Positions 13,352 through 26,475 are shown, counted from the first letter of the stretch. The stretch: DNA of 64,000 bases from Macrostomum lignano (GCA_002269645.1 NIVC01002168.1:102556-166555), one strand, 5' to 3'. Numbers and translations are program-made. Notes: generated by a model from the sequence alone, not told the origin.

Positions 13352-15597
13352 CTGGGATCTAGGATCTGGGATCTAGGATCTGGGATCTAGGATCTGGGAT
13401 CTAGGATCTGGGATCTAGGATCTGGGATCTAGGATCTGGGATCTAGGATCTGGGATCTAGGATCTGGGATCTAGGATCTGGGATCTAGGATCTGGGATCT
13501 AGGATCTGGGATCTAGGATCTGGGATCTAGGATCTGGGATCTAGGATCTGGGATCTAGGATCTGGGATCTAGGATCTGGGATCTAGGATCTGGGATCTAG
13601 GATCTGGGATCTAGGATCTGGGATCTAGGATCTGGGATCTAGGATCTGGGATCTAGGATCTGGGATCTAGGATCTGGGATCTAGGATCTGGGATCTAGGA
13701 TCTGGGATCTAGGATCTGGGATCTAGGATCTGGGATCTAGGATCTGGGATCTAGGATCTGGGATCTAGGATCTGGGATCTAGGATCTGGGATCTAGAATC
13801 TGGGATCTAGGATCTGGGATCTAGGATCTGGGATCTAGGATCTGGGATCTAGGATCTGGGATCTAGGATCTGGGATCTAGGATCTGGGATCTAGGATCTG
13901 GGATCTAGGATCTGGGATCTAGGATCTGGGATCTAGGATCTGGGATCTAGGATCTGGGATCTAGGATCTGGGATCTAGGATCTGGGATCTAGGATCTGGG
14001 ATCTAGGATCTGGGATCTAGGATCTGGGATCTGGGATCTAGGATCTGGGATCTAGGATCTGGGATCTAGGATCTGGGATCTAGGATCTGGGATCTAGGAT
14101 CTGGGATCTAGGATCTGGGATCTAGGATCTGGGATCTAGGATCTGGGATCTAGGATCTGGGATCTAGGATCTGGGATCTAGGATCTGGGATCTAGGATCT
14201 GGGATCTAGGATCTGGGATCTAGGATCTGGGATCTAGGATCTGGGATCTAGGATCTGGGATCTAGGATCTGGGATCTAGGATCTGGGATCTAGGATCTGG
14301 GATCTAGGATCTGGGATCTAGGATCTGGGATCTAGGATCTGGGATCTAGGATCTGGGATCTAGGATCTGGGATCTAGGATCTGGGATCTAGGATCTGGGA
14401 TCTAGGATCTGGGATCTAGGATCTGGGATCTAGGATCTGGGATCTAGGATCTGGGATCTAGGATCTGGGATCTAGGATCTGGGATCTAGGATCTGGGATC
14501 TAGGATCTGGGATCTAGGATCTGGGATCTAGGATCTGGGATCTAGGATCTGGGATCTAGGATCTGGGATCTAGGATCTGGGATCTGGGATCTGGGATCTG
14601 GGATCTAGGATCTGGGATCTAGGATCTGGGATCTAGGATCTGGGATCTAGGATCTGGGATCTAGGATCTGGGATCTAGGATCTGGGATCTAGGATCTGGG
14701 ATCTAGGATCTGGGATCTAGGATCTAGGATCTGGGATCTAGGATCTGGGATCTAGGATCTGGGATCTAGGATCTGGGATTTAGGATCTGGGATCTAGGAT
14801 CTGGGATCTAGGATCTGGGATCTAGGATCTGGGATCTAGAATCTGGGATCTAGGATCTGGGATCTAGGATCTGGGATCTAGGATCTGGGATCTAGGATCT
14901 GGGATCTAGGATCTGGGATCTAGGATCTGGGATCTAGGATCTGGGATCTAGGATCTGGGATCTAGGATCTGGGATCTAGGATCTGGGATCTAGGATCTGG
15001 GATCTAGGATCTGGGATCTGGGATCTAGGATCTGGGATCTAGGATCTGGGATCTAGGATCTGGGATCTAGGATCTGGGATCTAGGATCTGGGATCTAGGA
15101 TCTGGGATCTAGGATCTGGGATCTAGGATCTGGGATCTAGGATCTGGGATCTAGGATCTGGGATCTAGGATCTGGGATCTAGGATCTGGGATCTAGGATC
15201 TGGGATCTAGGATCTGGGATCTAGGATCTGGGATCTAGGATCTGGGATCTAGGATCTGGGATCTAGGATCTAGGATCTGGGATCTAGGATCTGGGATCTA
15301 GGATCTGGGATCTAGGATCTGGGATCTGGGATCTAGGATCTGGGATCTAGGATCTGGGATCTAGGATCTGGGATCTAGGATCTAGGATCCTGGATCTAGG
15401 ATCCTGGATCTAGGATCCTGGATCTAGGATCCTGGATCTAGGATCCTGGATCTAGGATCCTGGATCTAGGATCCTGGATCTAGGATCCTGGATCTAGGAT
15501 CTGGGATCTAGGATCTAGGTCCTAGGTCCTAGTTCCTAGGTCCTAGGATCTGGGATCTGGAATCTGGAATCTGGAATCTAGGATCTGAGTGGATCTG
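13352..15597. repeat. ~2.25-kb satellite of alternating heptamers (GGATCTG GGATCTA)n filling an intron
   Basis: Direct reading; variant units GGATCCT, GGTCCTA and GGAATCT at the right end. Confidence 0.98.
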
Positions 15598-15623
15598 AAC
15601 ACTTATTTTCACATCTTCCGCAG

Positions 15624-15983
15624 GAGCCGCAGCAGCCGCCACCAACGGCTAAATCCTGGCTAAAAGTAAGCAGCTGGAAGCTCGACCAGGTGCGCCCTGG
15701 CCGCCTACTCGCGGTCCCATCGCTAGGCGGCGCCAGCCAGTCGGAGAAGCTACTGATGCTCAGCCGTGAGCACGGCAACATCCTGTGTCTCGGCGGCCAG
15801 CAACAACAGCTGGCCTGCAATGCACTCACTCACCCTGTCTCCGATGGCGGCCACTTTTTTACCAGCATCTGCTGCTGTCCGGCCGTCGCCACTGTCACTC
15901 AGCAGCAGCAGCAGGATGACTCCATCGGCATTCTGGCCACATCACGTGACTCGCTCTACCTATTGCAAGGCGCGTTGGCCTAG
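15624..15983 (+). CDS. Exon 3 (terminal) of the orphan beta-propeller gene
   Basis: TTTTCACATCTTCCGCAG| phase-0 acceptor; EPQQPPPTAKSWLKVSSW...SLYLLQGALA, TAG at 15981-15983. Confidence 0.7.
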   Translation, partial: EPQQPPPTAKSWLKVSSWKLDQVRPGRLLAVPSLGGASQSEKLLMLSREHGNILCLGGQQQQLACNALTHPVSDGGHFFTSICCCPAVATVTQQQQQDDSIGILATSRDSLYLLQGALA

Positions 15984-16990
15984 GCCCTAGAGCTATCAAA
16001 CAGTCTGATTGGTTGGAGTTTGCAAAAGGTTCTAGCGTGTACATTAACGGGAATTACTTTATCTCCGTCTGTCTAGCTTATTCGCATCTCATTGGCTGGA
16101 GCTGACTACCACCACCCCATACAACCGCGTAGCAGGGGGCAAATTGATAAAATCCAGTGCATAAATCAACAGGGTTAGAATTTATTTCTGTATATTGGCT
16201 AGTTTTATCCTATTTGATTGGCTGCACCAACCCAGGGCGTTTTTTATGCAATTTACGGCTGAATTACTATGCAAACGAGGTAGAGTTACTTAATATGTAA
16301 ATTCTCTGCAACACTTTTATAGCCAATTACAGTGAGAATTAAAATCTGTTTATTAATATGTTGTTCGCTTTTATTGTTGTTTTCTCCTACTAGAAAGTTT
16401 TACTAATTTACCGAGCCTCTGATGAACCATCATACTTTTATAATGATTACTTAATTTGTTATTCATCATTTATATTTTCTTTCACAATTTTAAACTTTAA
16501 TTAAACAAATCCTGTCTAAAAGTATAGTTAAAAGTACATTTTAAAGTCATTAGCGGTGCAAGGAAAGCAAGGTTTGATTCAATATTCGGAAATTTATTAT
16601 CGACCTGGAAAAATCTTTGGCGTTCTTGTCTTGTTACTCAATCTCCTAATCACGCTACTGGTAGTAATATACGAGTAATTAGTTGCAGCTGACCTTTTTC
16701 ACTATTGCTATTGGGAACGTGAATTCGGTACTCAATCGCATTCGAAAGGAAGCAAAGCTCTTGGACAAAGACGGACAGGCCATCAGTAAGCACTGTCCGA
16801 CAAGCGATTGCGTGGCAAAGTCCGGCCAGAAAAAAACCGAAGTTTCTTTGAAAAGAAGAAGGGAAAGGCGGCCGGTCGACAAGAGACTCAAAGGACGGCA
16901 CAATCGCCTTGGACAAGAAATTGCGACGGTCAAGCGTGGCGTGACTTGGCGGGTCGGTGGGGGGGGGGGTAATTTTCCCATTAGGGGAAG

Positions 16991-17321
16991 CTAGAAAAGG
17001 GAAAGAAGATTAGCTGTGCCAACAATGACGGAAATCTACAGTAGCTAACATGTATTATTTGGGACGGAAAGAACTAGAAAAGGGAAAGAATATTAGCTGT
17101 GCCAACAATGACGGAAATCTACAGTAGCTAACATGTATTATTTGGGACGGAGAGAACTAGAAAAGGGAAAGAATATTAGCTGTGCCAACAATGACGGAAA
17201 TCTACAGTAGCTAACATGTATTATTTGGGACGGAGAGAACTAGAAAAGGGAAAGAATATTAGCTGTGCCAACAATGACGGAAATCTACAGTAGCTAACAT
17301 GTATTATTTGGGACGGAGAGA
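16991..17321. repeat. 83-bp tandem repeat, 4 copies
   Basis: CTAGAAAAGGG recurs at 16991, 17074, 17157 and 17240. Confidence 0.95.
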
Positions 17322-18350
17322 ATAATTAGTATTTCCAGCTCGTATATTAAGCGTTAGATAAGCACACACTGGCTCCTGGGGATTGGGCGAATGACATTCA
17401 AATCGTGTTCAGAATGTGAAATGCGTCCATAAAGCATCTATCTATCTAAAAAGCGTGATCCCTTAATCCTCTGCGGCCCTGCGCCGCTGGAGAGCAGGAA
17501 AAGAAACTATGACGCTGAGGCGGCTGCTACTGCTCTTCCTCTGATAGAAACTCGATACGCCTGAGTCCTCATTGAATTAGAAAGAGGGTAAAATTGATGG
17601 ATAGGAGCGCCGAGCAGATGTCGTGTGTCAGTTGTGTGTTTTGCCATTTCTTCGCCTCGTGAATTTCCACTGTGTATATGCATTAATCAAGTTAGAGTTG
17701 GAATTTATCTGTAAAAATAACGATGACACGTGATTTTAAAAAGCGCAGCCGTTTAAAAGAAGACGAACAGTCTGCCATTTGAGAAGAAGAGGAAGAAGAG
17801 ATCTGCCATTTGAAGAAGAGGACGCGGTGCTACACTCACGAATCGTGGAAGATTTTCACCATGAAATGCAGTAGCGAGTCAGCGAGATGTGATTTTGTAG
17901 TTTCTGTAGTTGCCTGCGCACTTGTTTTATCTGGGTGACCTTCGGTTCCAGTTGGTCGCCAGTCGATTGGCTGGGCCAGGGCGCCACTGTCTCTCTCTCT
18001 CTTTTGGGCACCTTTGTTTACGACCCGGTCCTCCCCCCACCTCAGCTTTTCTGCGGACCGATTGGCCAGTCCTTCCTTTCCTTTCTCTCCTTTCTTGGTC
18101 CAGCTTATCAGCTCTTCTCTGCGCGGTGCCCTGATTGGCTGGACTTGGTTGACGTCTGCTCTCTCTCGCCCCTTCCCCCTTTTCGTTCGGTGTTTACTCG
18201 TATTTTGCATGTCGTCTGGCTGCGCCCTCCCCTAACCTTGCCTCACGTGGCGACTGTTTTTCACCCTACATTGACCGTAAAGACAATCTCTTAACTTCGA
18301 AAAATCAATTTCTTGCATGCTCAATGTATAGAACCCTTTAGACATACTCA

Positions 18351-18782
18351 CAGTGGCGGCGCAGGGGGGGGGGGGGGGGGGGGGCGGGGGGGGGCGGGCT
18401 GCCCCCGGGTGACCACCCCTCACCACCCTCAGGGGGTGACCACCCCCAGGGGGTGACCACCCACTACTTAAAAAAAATTGGTACTTTACCATATTTTTTC
18501 AAAAGTGTGGTCACCCCATGGGGCATGGGGGTGGTCACCTGAGACCTCAGGGGGGTGGTCACCCGGTAGGGCCTGTAGGCTGTAAGGGTGGTCACCCTTT
18601 GAGGGCGAACCGCGAACTGGGCCTGGGCGATAACGAATCCTAACGATTTTGGAAAGCTGGAATGTAATTATTTTTGTGATAATTTTTTTGATAATTTTCT
18701 CTGGGGGTGACCACCCAGCCGGGGGGGGGGGGTGACCACCCAACCACCGCCCCCCCCAGCTGGAGGTCCTGCGCCGCCACTG
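18351..18782. mobile_element. 432-bp non-autonomous hAT-like MITE
   Basis: Perfect 15-bp TIR CAGTGGCGGCGCAGG / CCTGCGCCGCCACTG. 8-bp TSD CATACTCA (18343-18350, 18783-18790). Many internal GGTGACCACCC motifs in both orientations. Confidence 0.9.
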
Positions 18783-21659
18783 CATACTCAAGCCCCGTTG
18801 TTAGAACAGAAACCTCGCTTAACCACGTTAAATAACAACAAAAAACCTTATTTCGTTAAATATTTCGTTATTCCTATCTGACTACATGTATCTCCTTCTT
18901 TCCTTACTGTATTTTTTCTAGTGCGGATTTTTCTTGCGGATGAATTTGTCTATGGCAAAACACCAATTGGCTCCACCCAATTTCTCTTCTCTGCCCTGTG
19001 CCCCCGGCGGTGGCTCGTGATTGGCTGGCTGGCAAGGAAGGGTGCCGTGGCCTCCTGTCCCCCTATCCCTCACACCTCTTTCCCCTCTGCTATTTAAAGA
19101 TTGCCTTCCCCTAACCCCTAACCCCGGTTTTTCATCTCGCCCTTCCTGACTGGCTCTCGGGTGACCTTGAAAACCCATTTAAATACGAGCGTACTACGGT
19201 TGTCCAAAGGCGCATGTACAGTAGCTCTGAAATTAATTCCCATTGCATGTGGTGGCCGCGATGCACGTAATCGATCCCCCCAGAGCCAGTGATCGGCGGT
19301 GATCTGGTACTGGCATATCAAACAGTAATAATTATCGAAAATCCGCGAGCTCCCTCCGTTTGCGAAAAATACAGTCACGCCAGGTCCAATTGAACTTCCC
19401 ATGCAGTTGACAAGAGGGCCGGAGATGCATAGAGTAGATTGGCCAAGCTAAGCCTCTTTCCTTCAGCGGAAAAATTCTCAGCAACTTCTTCCTACTACGC
19501 AGAACATCCGCGCGCGGACTGAGGGCGAGACAAGCTGGAGAAACAAGATTAAAGCAGAAATCCCCCACCCCCGTGCTCCGCGTGTGCACTTTGGGAACCC
19601 ATGAAAGTTCTGTGTCCGTGCCTTCCCCACTCCGGAATCCCAAACGCCCAGGCAACTAGAAGCAGCAGGGCTCTCTCGGCTTAATCCACGGGCAAACGAA
19701 GTGGGCTTGTCCGGCTTGGCTTTTTGCTCCCACCTTTCAGCCGGCGGGCCACCCTGCATTGTTCCTCTCACACAACTCTGCCATAGCCCGGAGCTGGACT
19801 CAGCGCCTGAGTTATGTGACCTCGGTTGGGTCAGCCGACAAGATCTGCCGGCTCCTCCCTCGGAGTTTTGCTCAGTTTGTTTGCCTTGTACCCGCCAGAT
19901 CTGCGGAAATCGTCTAGCGGCTTGTCTTCTTTATTTAACCCGAATCGAGTGGCTGCCACCGTGATTCATTGGACCGCAGCTGGCAGGGGCAAGAGCAGGT
20001 CAGTGGTAAACAAGTCGGACCCCCTGGTCATATTCTTTGGGGCTTGTGCATGAATATAAACTGGGGGTTGTCCGCGCTTTTCACAATCCATGAGACTGAC
20101 CTCGAGGGTACAAAGAGTGTGCATGCTTTGATTTATTTTATATTCCTTCCTCAGCAAAGCTTTTTAAACAATTCAGTATTTGCCTGTGAATTTCGCGGAA
20201 AGCCCTGAGAGAACTGGCAGCAGCAATTAGAAACAAACGCACAGCAGCTACAAAAGCGGAGTGACGGGCAGGAAGAGAGGGGGAGACATGCAAGGCCGTC
20301 AGTGTTGGGACTTTGCAGAATAAATGCAAATTGCCCGGATCGCGCCGCTCTCAATAGGGGCCGTGGGAGGGCCATCCTGAAAGAAGCTCCCAGCCTCTCC
20401 TCCCCGCCTCGCCCCCACCCTCCAGTACTCAAGCCCCCGTATCTGCTGCGAGTGCCAATGGTGGCAACTTTGGGGGGAAGAAAGCGGGGATTCTCCCGGC
20501 AGCAAAACTCCCGTCCTCCCCCTTCTCTCTCTCTCGGGCATATAACCCCCCCTGTTTTTCACCGCACGCCCTCATCAGCGCCCGCCAGTCCGCCAGCCCC
20601 AGCCAGCTTAGCTGCTGCCCATCCGGTCAAGCCAGAGCACAGAAGGCATCTGATAGGTGAGTAACTCATGCTGGCAGCTCACACTGCGGGAGCCTGCGTG
20701 GCTGGCAATGCCAGCACCGTAACTGCAGCGAGCATATCGCGGATAAGCATTGGCAGCCATGGGTCGCATTTCTTGCTCTAAGATACACAGAAGCCGAGCC
20801 TGCAAGCTCTCCTCTCCTCACCTCTCTCCATTGCGTTTATTTAATTTTGTCCCGGCTGGTCCAAAATCCCCATGGGCGCGGGTCCCAGCTGAGCGATGGA
20901 GCACCCATCGGAGGCTGTCCCTGCCGGTGCCTCGGCTCTCAGTTCTCGCTCGTTCTCCATACATGTATAAAACTCACTGAAAACTGCGAACTGCCCCTGA
21001 ATGAAGTGCTCAAGATGAGAGACTGACAGACAGGCAGGCAGACAGACAGACAGCGAGGCCCAGAAACTCGACTCTCAAGCAGCTCTGGGGACGGTGAGCT
21101 GGGGTTCGAAGCGGTTCCTACATGCTGGCTCCCGACAAAAAATGCTCCCACCACAGCTGAGAAGGGACGCATTGCAACATGAGATTGCAATTATTGAGGA
21201 TTCCGGGGCTGATTCCATGTGCTCGATTTTGGAGTAACCATGCATGCGGTGGAGGAACTCGTACTGGTTAATTTCCAAATCGGCGCCATAATTCTAATTC
21301 CTAGAACTGTGCTCAGCGAGGGAGAGCGAGAAAGAGAGAGAGAGAGAGAGATCCGAACTTGAAGCCCAGATAAGATGGCAGCTGCTTGTTTGACTTGTGC
21401 CCTTCTGTCCAGGTCTCCAGCGCTTGGAGGCGAGTCGATAAGGATTTGCAATCGGCAAAACTTCTAACTGTAGGGAGTGCCGGTGGGGCTGCTCGAATAG
21501 GAAGGTGCTGTTTGAACACTGCATGCGAAATACTCGAATGTGCGACTCAATAAACAACTGGCTCGTACTTTCCGGTTTGAGCGATTAAGGAAGAACCGCT
21601 GTATGAAATAAACAGGCTGCGTCCTTCCTCTTGACTACTCCTTCTATTCTACCAGGCCA

Positions 21660-22180
21660 ACTCCCTCATACCCCCTCTCCTTACCCCTCCCTCACACCCC
21701 CTCTTTCCCTACCCCTCCCTCACACCCCCTCTTTCCCTACCCCTCCCTCATACCCCCTCTTTCCCTACCCCTCCCTCACACCCCCTCTTTCCCTACCCCT
21801 CCCTCATACCCCCTCTTTCCCTACCCCTCCCTCATACCCCCTCTTTCCCTACCCCTCCCTCATACTCGTACCCCCTCTTTCCCTACCCCTCCCTCATACT
21901 CGTACCCCCTCTTTCCCTACACCTCCCTCATACCCCCTCTTTCCCTACCCCTCCCTCATACTCGTACCCCCTCTTTCCCTACACCTCCCTCATACCCCCT
22001 CTTTCCCTACCCCTCCCTCACACCCCCTCTTTCCCTACACCTCCCTCATACCCCCTCTTTCCCTACCCCTCCCTCACACCCCCTCTTTCCCTACCCCTCC
22101 CTCACACCCCATCTTTCCCTACCTCTCCCTCACACCCCTCTTTCCCTACCTCTCCCTCACACCCCATCTTTCCCTACCTA
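21660..22180. repeat. C/T-rich ~28-bp minisatellite (CCCCCTCTTTCCCTACCCCTCCCTCA(T/C)A)
   Basis: Direct reading. Confidence 0.92.
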
Positions 22181-23109
22181 TCCCGGCAACAATCCAGCAC
22201 ATTAAGACTAGCAATGGGAATCCAGGGGCTAACTTCTCAATTCCTACAGCTGACATGCGCTGGCAGCCCCATTTTGGGACACAAAGCAAGCAGGCGGTTG
22301 CTAAAATTTCGGTATGAAAGCTCGAAGAGGATGAGGCGTGCATATCTTTAAAAAGGGCAGTCCACAGAGAGAGAGAGAGAGAGAGATTGGGGATCCAGGG
22401 AAAAGGAAGACACAAAGTGAATGGCAGAGTAGCGTCCTTTTGAATCATTAATCAGGGTCTGGAGCAACAGCAGACCCATGGTCTTCAAACTCTTGGGAGG
22501 TCGCCAACGGGTGGATGGAAAAGAAACAAGCAGACAAGAAAGTCAAGTAGGCTGAATGGCCCGAAGAGCCTCCGCCGCATCCAGCTTCAGCTTCCCTGAG
22601 CATTTCCCCCTAGTGCAGAGAATTCCAAGAGAGCTGAGTGAGAATACCTCCTGCTCCCCTCCTCAAGCCGCTGTCGCATGCAAATTTGCCTGCTTACTCC
22701 GCCACTCAACTGTCTTCCCTCCCAGCCCTGCCGACCGCGTAGCTAAGGGGCGAGGAACCCCCGAGTCTTCCGAAGTCCCCGCCTGCCTGTCCAAGCCCTG
22801 ATTGCTAATTCCAGTATCGTTTGAGCTTTCAAGATCTGGCGCCCCGGCCAGCCCCGGCCAGCCCCGGCCAGCCCTGATTGCTCTTATATTAAACGCGTCC
22901 GACAAATGAAGATGGCGAGGGGCTAATCTTGCCTATCTGCCTCCTCCTGCCGTTCCTCCTCAGATCGGAGGGCCGTTGCCTTTAATCTTCTCTTGCTATT
23001 GATTTTTATTTCTGCTTTTGCTGGCTCGTTTTACTTCTAGAAAGTTTTTTCCTTGCAGACAGTGATGGAAGGGGCTGTGGTTCAAGAAGGACACCCCCCA
23101 GTTTCAATG

Positions 23110-23440
23110 CCCTCCCTGACACCCTCTCTTCCCCTACCCCTCCCTCACACCCTCTCTTCCCCTACCCCTCCCTCCCACCTTCTCTTCCCTAACCTCCCCT
23201 ATACCCTCTCTCCCCTACTCTCCCTCACACCGTCTCTTCCCTACCCTCCCTCACCCCTCTCTTCCCTATCCTCCCTCACCCCTCTCTTCTCTACCCTCCC
23301 TCACACCCTCTCTTTCTCTACCCCTCCCTCACTCACACCCTCTCTTTCCTAACCTCCCTTATACCCTCTCTTCTCTATCCTCCCTCACACCGTCTATTCC
23401 CTACCCTCCGTCACACCGTCTCTTCCCTACGCTCCCTCAC
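23110..23440. repeat. C/T-rich degenerate minisatellite similar to the 21660-22180 array
   Basis: Shared CCCTACCC(C)TCCCTCACAC core. Confidence 0.85.
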
Positions 23441-23535
23441 ATAACGAGCATTACTTCACTACGGTAAACAAAGCTGTTGCCAGTGAATAGCACGAATTCC
23501 TCTGAACCCTATCCAGAGACAGCCATAGAGGCGAG

Positions 23536-23801
23536 ATGACCGACCCGGAGCCAACCAGCAAGGACGCCTCAGCCGCCGCCACCGCCGCCGCCTCAGCCAC
23601 TGCTCCGACAACGGGCGCCGGAGACAACGCGGCCCTCCCGTTCGCGTCCGGCATGCCCAGCCGGAAGGAGCAGCACTCGCCCGGCCAGGACGGCCACGGC
23701 CGGACCGCCAGCGGCCGGTTCCGGTTCAGCTTCCGCAAGAAGTCGCAGAAGACGGCCAAGCGAGAGGCGGAGGATCTCACTCAGAAGTGCTCGTTTCTAA
23801 C
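23536..23801 (+). CDS. YJEFN3: Exon 1 of YjeF_N-domain protein (NAXE/AIBP NAD(P)H-hydrate epimerase family, YJEFN3-like); low-complexity N-terminal extension
   Basis: ATG at 23536. Phase-2 AC|GTGAG donor joins exon 2 to give [17 protein letters not shown]. Confidence 0.8.
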
Positions 23802-23879
23802 GTGAGCAAACGGTGCTGTTTGAGCTGGATAAGTCCGCCGAGTGCACCCTGGGGCACTCACAAGTATACGACTATAGAC

Positions 23880-24310
23880 TAGAAAGTACAGTTGGATTAG
23901 GCCGCGAGGCCCCTATCTCAACCCCAAGGTAAAAGAAACAAGGCTTTACCCCCGCCAGTAGTCAGCAGGTTCACTGAGGAGACATCGGCGACCCTTGTCC
24001 GGGCCGGTATCTCGGACCAAGGCGCGAATAAAGATCACGGATGTTGTCTGGGGTGGTCAGCTCGTCCATCCACTGGGGGTGGCCGAGGTGTTTGTGTCGC
24101 GCCTTATTGAATTAAGAGCATACAGAAGGTGACGTGAGTTCCACGGTCACCTCTCCTATGCCACAGAAAAGACAGGTGGCCGGAGGGCAACCGGTTTGCA
24201 ACGAGATATGTCTCTGGAAGAATCCATGACCGGTTGGGCCAATGCACATCTCCCTGAGGTCGGTTCTGTTAAGTGAGATCAGATATTCAGAAACTTTTCT
24301 GTTCAAATGA
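23880..24310 (-). mobile_element. 3' remnant of a LOA/I-group non-LTR retrotransposon (ORF2 C-terminal Cys/His region) in intron 1
   Basis: [42 protein letters not shown]....[11 protein letters not shown] resembles the L..R..LR....TGH....HL...G....CxxC...ET..H...C.....R...LG motif; degraded; boundaries approximate. Confidence 0.55.
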
Positions 24311-24494
24311 AAGTGTTACTAACAGGATTACAAATGAAGGCAAGCTTATTTATCTTCTGTCCAAGTTCCAAAGATGCGAGATGAGTCTCCAGAAATCTGT
24401 TTTCTTCTCAAACCGTAACCACAACAACTTGTGCTTCTCTCTATTTCCCAAAAACGTAAAAATGCTCTTCCCCTTCCCCAACGACGTCATTCAG

Positions 24495-24711
24495 GCGCGA
24501 GCAGGCCGAGCAGGTCGACTCCGAGCTGCTCACCGAGTACTCGCTGAGCCTGGACCAGCTGCTTGAGCACGGCGGGCTCAGCGCTGCCGTGGCCTTCGCT
24601 CGCATCTACCCAAAGGAGTCGCTGGCTAAGGAGAGAACTCTGCTGGTGTGCTGCGGACCCGGCAACAATGGCGGCTTCGGCCTCGTCTGCGCCAGATATC
24701 TCAAGCTGTTT
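24495..24711 (+). CDS. YJEFN3: Exon 2 of the YjeF_N / YJEFN3-like gene
   Basis: TTCAG| acceptor; [39 protein letters not shown]...[24 protein letters not shown]; |GTAAGT donor, phase 0. Confidence 0.93.
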
Positions 24712-26475
24712 GTAAGTTCTGTCTGATCCTCATTGAGCCCCCACTGTGATCCCTTGTTTACCCTACTGACCCCCGCTATGATCCCTTATACTGACCCTCG
24801 CTGTGATCCTATATCCCGTCAGCTGGTGCTCTCATACCCCGCTATTCCCATACCACCTCTTTATCCCTTAATTAATTTGTTAATTCCGCTGCTAAGCCCC
24901 TCTCCCTGTCCCTGTACTCTCTCGTTCCAAGGAATTGAATTGCCAGGAAATATTAGCTAGGTTTAGTCTCAGGGTTGGTTTTATGAGTTTAGTATCCTGC
25001 TAGGGCTGTTCCTCAAATGATCAGTCACTGAAGACCGGGGCCCAATAGCTCCCCCCCCGCAATCAGTAAAGCAAATACTTGGAGAGTGAGGGGTCAAGGA
25101 CCTCCCTCCAACGAGAGAGCCGAGAGCCCCCGCCCGTGGCTGGCGGCTCTCGACATCATGGCTTTTATTTTTTAGCTCGCCGTCAAGCGGTGCACCCAGA
25201 CACTGCCAGCCAGAGCTCCGGAATTAATTAAAAGTATAGTCGTTTTCCTCCGCAGTGTTAGCAGGGCGTGAGAAGAGGTCGCGGAGATAACTCATTCGCG
25301 GCGGCGAGGAGAAGCCGGATAGAGGAAAAAGGATGGATGGGGGGCCGCTCGCTTTGCCGCATCTTGTCCCATTTTAGCCCAAGGGCGCCCGCGGGGCTCC
25401 CGGACATTAATCTGGGAGTCCCGCTCTCTGGCCCCAGCGAAGGAATCCGGGACAGGAAAAAAGAGGGGAGCGGAGGAGTCCCGCAGGCCGTTGCTCACCT
25501 CGCCACCAGACTGTGAAAGCTCAGCTCCCCAGGGGAAATCCCCGCTGCTCACACTGCCGAGGACCTCCTCGCGAGCCCAGCACCGACCAGAGGTTTGTCA
25601 GCTGTGCGCAGCACGGGTGGCGAGCTTAGGTCGGCAAAATGACTAATGCAATATTTACAGTTTCCTGAGCCCCGCAGAGCAGAGGATGCCGCTGAGGCTG
25701 CTGACCAGCTGCCGGAGAAGGAAACAGTAAACAGAAATTGTGATCTGTTTGTAGCTAGCTATTTCTGTCTTCTAGGGGAGGGGTCTTTTCCTAAGGGAGT
25801 TTCTGCAAAAATCCTTCCAAACACCCATTGAACTATCGGCCCCAGCCTCTCTGCCCCATCTGAATCGATGTTGCAACGCCCCCGTATTGGTGGGGAGCGG
25901 ATCGATGGCAGCTCGCTAGCGATAAACGCTGAAGCATTTTGTCGTTTCGCCTACTTAGATATTGCTTTATCTCCGGAGTCTGAGTTTCTCCGATGGGGCT
26001 GAGGCGGAACCTGCATCCCTTCTGACAGTTTTCTAAAAAAACGTCTACAGTTGCTCTCTCATTGCAAACAATTCTATTGTTGGTTGAAAACAAAGAAACA
26101 CCCATTTTCTTTGTGAATTTCGCGTACCCGCGCGACTATTGCAGAAATTTCTACAGAACGCTTTCACCTTGTTTTGAGCCTTGCTCGTTGGTTATTCGTG
26201 TAAGAGCTTGCTGGCCCAAGTAAGACTAAGGAAAAATGCCTAAGGCACACTTTTTGATGACATCAAAGCTGCAGGATATCAGAGAAATGACACCAGTACT
26301 AAATAATATATGTTATCACAAGGTTAACTGGCTCCCCTAGCCACTCTCCGGCGTGTCTCCACTGATCACTTCCCTTTCTGTGCCCCCGGTGCTTACTACG
26401 AGTACTTTCGTTGCACACATGACAATAAACACTAGCTCGACTCATTGGAAACCTGTCTCGCCCATCCGACACCAG

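Noticed and set aside
16683-16994. IAIGNVNSVL resembles the first motif of an APE-like endonuclease
   Set aside because: No following QET or other APE motifs
20538-20664. TATA-like CATATAA and AG|GTGAGT donor suggesting a 5'-UTR exon for the YjeF_N gene
   Set aside because: Short motifs that are common by chance; no acceptor linkage could be supported
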